Origin: Flectonema sp. DT1601
Lineage: Eukaryota
Length of the DNA stretch: 64,000 bases
Reading direction: 5' to 3'
Assembly: GCA_964019425.1 (NCBI GenBank)
Contig: OZ025780.1
Span: forward strand, 372,001 to 436,000
A program made the translations under genes and the position numbers. Shown piece by piece: positions 44,708 to 54,013 of this stretch (positions are counted from its first letter, which is position 1; each line of letters begins with the position of its first letter). Under the pieces are notes generated by a model. It had not been told where the DNA came from, did no database searches, and saw only the letters and a list, made by a program, of their open reading frames with translations.

Positions 44708-45623
44708 GTTCTTTTTTCCCGCTGCGTTATGTTGTCATTGATTCTCTTTTTGTAAAAAAAAAAAAACTAATTTACTTTTTTTTTCTATTCCATTTTCCCA
44801 AATACAATTTTTCTTTATTTTTTTTTTTTTTTTTCCCTCGCGTTCATTTTATGTCCATCACCCATACTCGTAAAAGTCGTATTCAGTGTGGGTACTAGTA
44901 AGGTAAGGTTATAAGAGAGAAACAAGGGTAGCGCTTCATACAGAAGCTGATTTAAGAAAATATTTCTTTTTTTTTGGTTTTGCTTGCATTCGACAGCAAT
45001 CGAGCAAGCGTCTCGGAGGAAAAAAAACTCGTAATAATCAAAATTTTTTTTGGAAGCAAAGGCTTACATGACTGACTTTTCATGATATAATTCGTTTTTT
45101 ATTGATACAGTACTTGGGATTGAGGTGAGGGGGGGGATTTATGGTGCAAATGCGCCACTATTTCTTTTTTTTCTTTTTCTTTTTCTTCTAACATAAACCT
45201 TTGTCCGTATCAGCTCAAACGAACACACTAAAAAACTAAATTAGTGAAAAACGAACGTTATTATCTTGAGCAATGACCAGTGGAGCTCTAATTCCCGAAT
45301 AGCAATTTTTCCTCACCTACATTTCGAATATTTTTTTAAAAAAAAAAAAAAAAGAGATTTCTGCACAATCGACAACAGTGCATAACCAACACATTTATTG
45401 TTTTTTTTAAAAACAAATGTGTGGTTCCCTTGTGTGTGTTTTTTTTTTTTTTCCCCCGCTATTTGCCCGCGCACACTTTTTTTTTAATTTTGTTTTGTTA
45501 TTTTTTCTTTCGTAAATTAACGGATAATTCCATAGCACCACATATACGGTAAGTTGTTCATGCGGCGAAGAGGAATGCTGGGTTGTGTAGACAAGCTCAG
45601 TGGCTGTCGTTACCTTTCACAGC

Positions 45624-47055
45624 TTACTTTTGAAATGATCTCTTTTGTCTCGAGAACATGTTCATGGCGTCAGCACTGTTTGTTTTAGTTGTTGAAAAAG
45701 ATCGAGAAACAATATCATCGAAAAGGGGAAGACAACACATACCTGAATGGGTGCACCTTTGTGATCACACCGTGTCCAACAGTCTTTCCACCCTCACGGA
45801 AGGCAAAGTGCTGTCCAACTGAAAGAGGAGTAGGGAAAGCCAATTTGATTGCAGTTTCTTTGTTGTCACCAGGCATAACCATGACGAAGTCATCAGCCTT
45901 ACCCTCAGTAGCAGCAGTACGTCTGTCGTTCTTTGAGGCCCGCTTATCACCCTGGTCAGGGAAGTTAATGGAACCTGTCACATCACAAGTACGGAAGAAG
46001 AATTGAGGTCTGTAGTTAGCAAAGAACGGCTTGCTACGTCCTCCCTCATCTGGAGTAAGAACGTAGATCGATGCCTCAAAGTCGTTAACAGCCTGGATAG
46101 AACTTGGCTTAGACAACACCATACCTCTCTGAGCATCCTTAGCAGTAAGACCCTGACACATAACTCCAACGTTGTCACCAGCTTCTGCAACAGCAAGAGT
46201 CTTACAGAAGGATTCGATACCCAAAGCAACAGTTGGTGTTGGCTTCTCTCTAACACCAACCACTTCTAACTTATCCTTTATTGATACAGTTCCCTGCTCA
46301 ACGGATCCAGTGCACACAACTCCCTTTCCGGGAATGTAGAAGGTTGACTCAACTGGAAGCAAGAAGTCAAGATCGGTCTTTCTAGCTGGTGTTGGGATCG
46401 AACTGTCGACCTTTTCCATCAAATCTTTGACGGACTTAACCCATGGCTCTTGACCCTCAAGGGCACGAAGAGCTGATCCTCTGCAGAATTCGGTAGCCTC
46501 AGGATCGAACTTGTGTAGTTCAAGGATCTCCTTGATTTCTTCTTCAACGAGCTCAGCCATGTCTTCGGCTTCAGAGTCGTCAAGCATATCCATCTTGTTA
46601 ACGAAGACAACTAATTGTGGAATTCCAATCTGGTTTGATAACAAAATGTGCTCTCTGGTTTGTGGCATCGGTCCGTCGGTTGCGGCAACAACCAAAATCG
46701 CTCCGTCCATCTGCGCTGCTCCAGTAACCATGTTCTTAACGTAATCAGCGTGACCAGGACAATCAATGTGAGCGTAGTGACGGTTAGTTGTTTGGTATTC
46801 AACGTGAGTAGCGTTAATGGTAATTTTTCTCGCCTTCTCTTCAGGGGACTTATCAATAGCGAAGTAATCTTTTGCCTCAGCCAATCCATCCTTCGCCAAG
46901 ACCGCGGTAATAGCAGCAGTCAAAGTAGTCTTTCCGTGATCAACGTGACCAATAGTTCCGATGTTCAAGTGCGGCTTCTCTCTAATGAATTCCTCTCTTG
47001 AGAGGATTGCTGACCTGCTCAAACATCTTCTACCGAGGGAGGTGATTAGTGGCAT
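45624..47055 (-). CDS. tufM: Mitochondrial elongation factor Tu; exons 47055-45743 and 45675-45624
   Basis: [30 protein letters not shown] and YRPQFFFRT, with an N-terminal presequence [10 protein letters not shown]. The intron GTATGT..ACTAAAACAAACAG gives the tail [17 protein letters not shown]. Confidence 0.96.
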
Positions 47056-48463
47056 TTTGTTTCTTTTATATAGATAAACTGTTTTCAGAAGGAAATTAAA
47101 AATAAAAAACACCTAAAATATAAAGCAACTTGAAACTGGCTAAAACGAATAGACTGTTCGATTTTGTATGTAAAATGCGAACGTATTGTATCTGGAGGGG
47201 GTAATTTGATACTGCATTTTCAAGCTGGAGGGGGAAAACAATCTAATTTGACTAGAGCGTATTACAAAAGTCGGCAGCTGAACGTCTATTGGTAGTTTTC
47301 AGAAACTTACAAAATAGAGAAACAAACGAAAGGTTTCCATCACACGATAAGTGTGGTTAGTCTTAATTCTTTATTCAGCCGAAGGTTGTTGACAAAAAAC
47401 ATCATGTCCTCTGATACTTATAGTCCTGATGACATGATGAGAATATGTTCTTTACTGCCAGTCAAGTCAGCAGAGGACACAAGTATATTGAGAATTTTTT
47501 CCCTTAAAAGGGACACATAACAAAGCCAAAACGAAAAAAAAAAAGAGGGAAAGTGTAAGCTGATTAAACTTGCTTGGAACAAAAAAACAAAAAAAAAGTA
47601 CAGCGGGGGGTATCGAACTATTTGCCTTTTTGGATATGAATTGTGCATATAAAACCGTAAAACTCCATAGCCTGGGAGGGATTAAAAGACGGTTTTTGTG
47701 TGCTAACAACATTCTTTGTAAGGCTACGATACGACTGCAGTTTGTAACCTGATAGGCTCTTCAGAGTGATTCCAACATCGTATTTATTTATCCACTCGAA
47801 ATACTTTAGAGACCTTCTCAGGCTGCTTTCATAAGCTATTCGATCATACAACTCTGGAAACACCCTGGTGTTTAAAGTGACAACAGCAACAACAACAAAA
47901 AAAAAAAAGAATGGGAAAAACCATTCCGAATAGCCTTATGTTTCATTGAAGAGCAGACAACCTTGTCTCACGGAGGAGACAAGTCATGACTTTGAGAAAC
48001 ATCGGCTTTCAAATCTGAATAAATTCTCCGGGGGAAAGGGAAAAAAAAAAAAAAAAAAAACATCTTGTGATTTTCCTTTGTTTGACGCGTGCAGGTTTGT
48101 TATTTCGGTGCAAGGTTCCATTCACTCGCTCGTATGTGAGCGGAAAGGCCAGACGGAAGTTAACAACTATCGACGACACTTGTCCAAAGTGCAATAGAAA
48201 GAAAGAACGAAGAAGAAAAAGAGCAGGTTCACCCTGCTACGTTTCGAATAAAAAAAAAGAAAAAAACCAAAAACCAATAAAATTAGTCCAGATTGCTATC
48301 AGGATGATATTGACCAGATGGCTGTCTATGAATTTAAGAAATGGGAACGAACCCTAAAGAATATGATGAAAATACGACACTCAGATCAGTCGAAAACTTG
48401 ACCACAATTAAGTGATTCCAAAGGGCTGTTAAGGAATAGTCTGCAAAGATTGATGAAAGAGTT

Positions 48464-50317
48464 TCATGACGACCAGCCAGGACTCTCTCGATCTTCCGAT
48501 TGTTCAAACAGGTTAACCAGCCTCTCAAATGACGATGAGCATTCCTCAATTAGATTATCTCTGGTGGTCCACTCTGCACTCGCTAATTCCTTCTTCTGTT
48601 TCGCGACGTTGAATTTCTGAGCACGTTTTTGTTTCAGAGATTCGAGTCGCTGAATCTGAAGCGCAGAATCTTCAGAGTCCAGAGGAGCAGAAAAAGATAT
48701 AAACCCATCATGTAAAGGCTGATGGTCAGCAACAAGAGTTGGAAGCGAACCCTGAGTGCAAGACTTTGGTGGGTTGTTGTAAACGTTTGGAGTAACGAAG
48801 GCAGTTGCACATAACGAAGACGATCCTTGAAGCAAGGCAGTTATTTTTAACATTCCACCAGGGAAGTATGTACACCTGACACACAACGCCTTTACAGGAT
48901 CTGTTAATGTTCCAGTGTTAAGAATCATAGATGACAGCAGAGTGTTGTCTGACGCCTTTCTGCTGTTTCCGTGAAGGATATCAATTCTGATATCTGACGG
49001 AAAATAGTTCTTTCCAGAAATTGAAAACACCCGACAACGTGATACACAACCTCCACCAACAGCATCATATTCTAAAGAGGTATACTTATGAATAAGAATG
49101 TGAAAGTCATCAGCTCCTTTTAATCTGATTCCAATATTCTGAGGGATCTCAATTGGTACACGAACACCATTCCGAGCTACCTGTGCTGCTCCTTCAGCGA
49201 TGATTTCATCTCCTTTTGTTGGAACAACAATATCCGGGTTCGCATTAGCTTTCTTAAATAACTGTCTTATACAGGCTACGAATTTAGGTGCCTTCGCGCA
49301 TCCTCCTACGATAATTATTTCATCAATTTCTTTGTGAGACATTTTTGCTTTTGATAAACCATCAGTAATAGCTGAACATAGAGATTTGTAAACATCTCTG
49401 CAGGTAGTCTCCATCATCGGTCTAGAAAGCTTTAATGAAAATTCACCGTATTGCGTTGGTATTTTGATTGACTGTTTCAGTGATCCTGTTAAGCCTTCTC
49501 GTATTCTTCGAGCAGTTTTTATTAAAGTAATTCGATCTTCTGGTTTTAAGATTGCCAATCCAGTAGAGTCAGTCTTAATATTTGGTATCCGTTTCGCTAA
49601 ATCTTTTAAAAAATAATTCACAACATACGAATCCATCTCACCACCACCCGAGAGTAAACAGTTAACATTTGATAGTAGTTCCGTTGTTGTTGATTTTTCT
49701 TTTTCTCTGTTTGATATTTTCGCGATTGAAATGGCTGCTCCATATCCAATATCCGCAATTAGAATTGTTTTATTTCCCCAAAGACGCTGTACTGAACGTT
49801 CAGATCTCTTTGAACCAGAAATAATTGCTTTGGAATCCGTAGTCATAGATACAGGAATACCTTTCAGTCGAACGTCACTGCGAATATAGTTTATAATAAC
49901 GTTGCGATCATGAGCATCGAATCTGTCTGGTACAGAAACACAAACTTTATCAATAATTATCCTGTGTTCTTCTGTTGCAATTCCAATAAGATGCTTTCCT
50001 AGTCTCTGAATCAATTCTTCCCTCGATAATGGTGGTGGCGTTGACGTTGTTCGATCAGTCAAAAAACTAGTATTTTTATAACTACCTTTCCACTGGATGT
50101 AAGCAGCGTGTCCAATCAAAGAGCTATTCGCTACAGCACAGGATGGTATAATTGGATCTGTGTGAGTAAAACTTCCAAGTGTCCTTACACTTGATAATTC
50201 TGACGTGCTAACTGCCACTGAACAGGAATACCTTCCAATATCAATTCCTAAACAACATTTTGAATTGTCAACAAACGATGACCGGATTCGGTGGCGGTCG
50301 AAATTCGGAGACAACAT
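48464..50317 (-). CDS. Divergent Hsp70-family protein
   Basis: LGIDIG, VSVPDRF, IADIGYG, GGGEMD, IIIVGGCAKAP and DEIIAEGAA. No EEVD tail. Confidence 0.8.
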   Translation of the reverse strand: MLSPNFDRHRIRSSFVDNSKCCLGIDIGRYSCSVAVSTSELSSVRTLGSFTHTDPIIPSCAVANSSLIGHAAYIQWKGSYKNTSFLTDRTTSTPPPLSREELIQRLGKHLIGIATEEHRIIIDKVCVSVPDRFDAHDRNVIINYIRSDVRLKGIPVSMTTDSKAIISGSKRSERSVQRLWGNKTILIADIGYGAAISIAKISNREKEKSTTTELLSNVNCLLSGGGEMDSYVVNYFLKDLAKRIPNIKTDSTGLAILKPEDRITLIKTARRIREGLTGSLKQSIKIPTQYGEFSLKLSRPMMETTCRDVYKSLCSAITDGLSKAKMSHKEIDEIIIVGGCAKAPKFVACIRQLFKKANANPDIVVPTKGDEIIAEGAAQVARNGVRVPIEIPQNIGIRLKGADDFHILIHKYTSLEYDAVGGGCVSRCRVFSISGKNYFPSDIRIDILHGNSRKASDNTLLSSMILNTGTLTDPVKALCVRCTYFPGGMLKITALLQGSSSLCATAFVTPNVYNNPPKSCTQGSLPTLVADHQPLHDGFISFSAPLDSEDSALQIQRLESLKQKRAQKFNVAKQKKELASAEWTTRDNLIEECSSSFERLVNLFEQSEDRESPGWSS

Positions 50318-50419
50318 ACCACCTGTTGAATAACATGAGATTATTATATTCTATGTAAGAAATATACTAAACAAGAGAGAGAGAGAGAGACAGAACTTGT
50401 GAAGTAAAAAACAAAAATA

Positions 50420-50495
50420 TCAGAAATAATACGAACAGAGGAAGGTTATCATCAAATCCGAAGATCAGGCAACTGATTAATATATTTTGTCATCA
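50420..50495 (-). ncRNA. Box C/D snoRNA-like unit (first of six copies)
   Basis: Minus strand reads TGATGA-caaaatatattaatcagttgc-CTGA-tcttcggatt-TGATGA-taaccttcctctgttcgtattattt-CTGA, i.e. boxes C, D', C', D within 76 nt. Confidence 0.5.
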
Positions 50496-51790
50496 CACAG
50501 TAAAGGAAATTGCAATCATGAAATATCAAAATCCCCCACAGATGTTATGATGCAAACAGAAGTCAGTTGCTGAAGAATGCGAGCAACTGGTAGGCTCTCG
50601 ATGAGCAACACAAACAGGAACACCACCAGCAGGCAGTTAGAATCAGAAATAATACGAACAGAGGAAGGTTATCATCAAATCCGAAGATCAGGCAACTGAT
50701 TAATATATATTGTCATCATCTAGTTGAATGAAGAGATCAATTAAACACCATCTGAATAATTGAGTTACGCATTCAATGAACATACGCAGCACTCTACATA
50801 AGAAGGGTGCAGATTAGACTAGGCATCCTTCACAGACGTCAGTTGCTGAAGAATGCGAGCAGCTGATTGAGCAACACAAACAGGAACACCACCAGCAGGC
50901 AGTTAGAATCAGAAATAATACGAACAGAGGAAGGTTATCATCAAATCCGAAGATCAGGCAACTGATTAATATATTTTGTCATCCTTTAGGTGAAGGCAAC
51001 TATTCGAATTCTAGAAAATGACTCGGGAAGAAGAGAGTCACAACGAGGCACAGTGCTCTACATAAGAAGGGTGAAGACAGACAAGGCAACATCCTTCAAT
51101 GATGCAAACAGAAGTCAGTTGCTGAAGAATGCAGGCAGCTGATTGAGCAACACAAACAGGAACACCACCAGCAGGCAGCTAGAATCAGAAATAATACGAA
51201 CAGAGGAAGGTTATCATCAAATCCGAAGATCAGGCAACTGATTAATATATATTGTCATCCTTTAGGTGAAGGCAACTATTCGAATTCTAGGAAGAGAGAC
51301 TTAACAAGACACAGCACTCTACATAAGAAGGGTGCAGACTAGACTAGGCATCCTTCACAGATGTAATGAAGTCAGTTGCTGAAGAATGCAGGCAGCTGAT
51401 AGGCTCTCGATGAGCAACACAAACAGGAACACTACCAGCAGGCAGTTAGAATCAGAAATAATACGAACAGAGGAAGGTTATCATCAAATCCGAAGAACAG
51501 GCAACTGATTAATATATATTGTCATCCTTTAGGTGAAGGCAACTATTCGAATTCTGGGAAGAGAGACTTAATAAGACACAGCACTCTACATAAGAAGGGT
51601 GCAGACTAGACTAGGCATCCTTCACAGATGTAATGAAGTCAGTTGCTGAAGAATGCAGGCAGCTGATTGAGCAACACAAACAAGAATACCACCAGCAGGC
51701 AGTTAGAATCAGAAATAATACGAACAGAGGAAGGTTATCATCAAATCCGTAGATCAGGCAACTGATTAATATATTTTGTCATCACACAGC
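50420..51790. repeat. Modular tandem array: six 76-bp blocks A, five ~70-80-bp blocks B, and variable hairpin spacers; candidate small-RNA (snoRNA-like) cluster
   Basis: Block A starts at 50420, 50643, 50909, 51185, 51452 and 51709. Block B starts at 50562, 50838, 51114, 51371 and 51638. Periods are 223-276 bp and there is no ORF. Confidence 0.9.
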
Positions 51791-54013
51791 GAAGGTAGAA
51801 GAGCAGTCAAAAATCCGTCACTAACACTACCCTCCCCACATCATTTTTGTATTGGAATCCTGCAAGACGTGAGTTATTATTTATTGTTTTCGATCCCAAT
51901 GATGATAATAAAACTCGCAGTGGTTGAAAAAAAGGGAGCATTTGATTGCGAATAACTTCAGCTTAAGGCCCTTCATAGCCTAAGTGGTTTTCCTCATCAC
52001 AAGAAAGTTCACAGAAGAGAGTTTTCATAACTGTAAAAACTCTATTTCTAATTTCATTAAAAAAAAAAAAGAGGGAAAAAAAAACCTAAAAAAAATACTC
52101 CTTAAAAACAAGAACAATAATAAAACTGAGTCATTCAAATAAATATATTGTGAAGAACGAATTTTCAACAAAAAAATATTGTGAGAATTAAAAAAAATTA
52201 ATGTTTGGACAAGCACGAGTAAAAAACCTTTCTTTTTTTTTTTTTTTTTTGGCTTTTATTAGTTGTGCATAAAAACAAGACATCAATTTGTGATATTTTG
52301 AATTTGTTACGGTATAAGTACATAATTTGGGGTTATTTTTTCTTTTTTTTTTTTTTTTTTTCTCGATTCTTAAAATTATAGTAATATGTTGTAGAAATAA
52401 AAAAGATTTTCAACCAAAAAAAAAAAAGTGACAAAGAAATTAAACTTTTTTGGGTTTTCGCATATAAATAAAATGCAAAGCTAGGAAGCCAACCTCGTAT
52501 CATCACTCAAAACGAGAGAGAAGGTCGGAAAGAACAAACAAAGATGACGAATCAACTCATGTAAGGTAGTAAATTGGTTAACAAAATATTCACGTCTTAA
52601 ACTGTACACACAAAAAGAGGGGAAAAAACTTGTCCCATCCTTCTGCCGTTTGACAGAATTCGGTTCATGCAATTAAAAGAAAACATATTATTTTTAATAT
52701 GTCTTTAAAAAACAAAAGATGAAAAGAAAAAAAACATGAAGGAAGTCAGAAAGTTGGTGGTTTATCAACCGACATTAAGCAATTTTATCTTTTTCGTTGC
52801 TAAATTGAAGTAAGTAGAGAGGGACCAAAAGGAGGAAGGAAACAAAAAAAAAAAAAAAAAAAAAAAAAACTGAATATCTAAAGAGGTTTGGATCACAAAC
52901 ACCAATCAACACCCTGCGCCGGCAACCGACTTGTTTTTTTTTTTTTTTTTTAATTTTCATAATTTTCGATTTGTGGGATAGTTTGAGAATATAACAAACG
53001 GCAATAAACAACCCAACATAAGTAATGACGTTAAACCGAAAAACCTTTGACGGAAGACTGGGTTGTAGGTACAAAAAGAATTGGCTTTAACTTCAACTAT
53101 ACAGAAAATAATGATATAACACTGTGATTTTTTGTTTGTGCACGAAACCGTGAACCGACTTAAACTGATAAAGCTAAAGGAGGTTTACGTGTGCTGCCAA
53201 CATTCTTTTTCGTTCTTACAATACTTGTTAAATGCAAAAAAAAAATATTACAAAGGCGGACAGAGCGATGATGCAAAAAAAGAAATTGCTTTGTGTGTTT
53301 TTTATGTTGTTTTTTTTTTCTAAACTTCTTTTTACAACACAGAAAAAAGTTATTTTGAAAAAAAAAAAAAATTAAAAAAAAATACTAGAATTGCTCGATA
53401 CTGAGCAAACACAATTCGTCGACAGCATTCGACGTGATTGTTTTAAAAAAAAAAAAAAAAAAAATCAATATTTATTTACAATACGCGTTCACCTACCAAG
53501 GAAAAGTACGCCTTTGCACTTATTTCTCCAAAACATGAATTTTGAAGCAAAGGAAAAATGTATAAAATTTAGACAAATAAAACAAATGGATATCCCAAAT
53601 CTTAACTTTACCACACGAGACAAGGAAGCCAGCACAGAAACCGCTACTGTTAGTATTGCATGCAAAAACAATCCGCAAAGGAAACGATAAAGAGTTTCTT
53701 CATCCTCGGCGAAATAACGCTTCTTCTTTAAAAAGAAAATTAAACACAAAATTTGCCGCGTTTAAGTGAACCAGGACCTACATATGTAATAAAGGCTTCT
53801 ACGAGAAGAAACCAAACAAGAAGAGAATATGATTATAAGTTAGATTTCAGTAGTTAGTGGAACTAAATCTCATTGAACGAATGGTCACGAAATAATTATA
53901 ATAAGATTATAGGTCTCATTGTGCGCAGACTGCGGTTATAAAGTCGAATTTTTTACTTGCATGTATCAGGTGTTTAAATAGGTGAGAAAGCTCTCACTTT
54001 CAACGTTATCAAA

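Noticed and set aside
2470..45742. Stop-codon reassignment or non-canonical introns
   Set aside because: TAA, TAG and TGA all end genes normally, and the truncated ORFs of intact genes are repaired by ordinary GT-AG introns.
50430..50455. U6-like ACAGAG..AAGGTTA word
   Set aside because: There is no U6 ISL/AGC triad context and no U-rich 3' end.
50562..50660. Hammerhead ribozyme (CTGAAGA core in block B)
   Set aside because: I found no stem II followed by GAAA and no matching stem III/NUH.
50420..51790. CRISPR or TIGR-type array
   Set aside because: The constant blocks (~150 bp) are far too long, the spacers are related to each other and structured, the segments between the boxes are constant, and there is no cas or Nop-domain gene nearby.
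403..53749. Short poly-Phe/poly-Lys ORFs in intergenic DNA
   Set aside because: They are translations of A/T homopolymer tracts.
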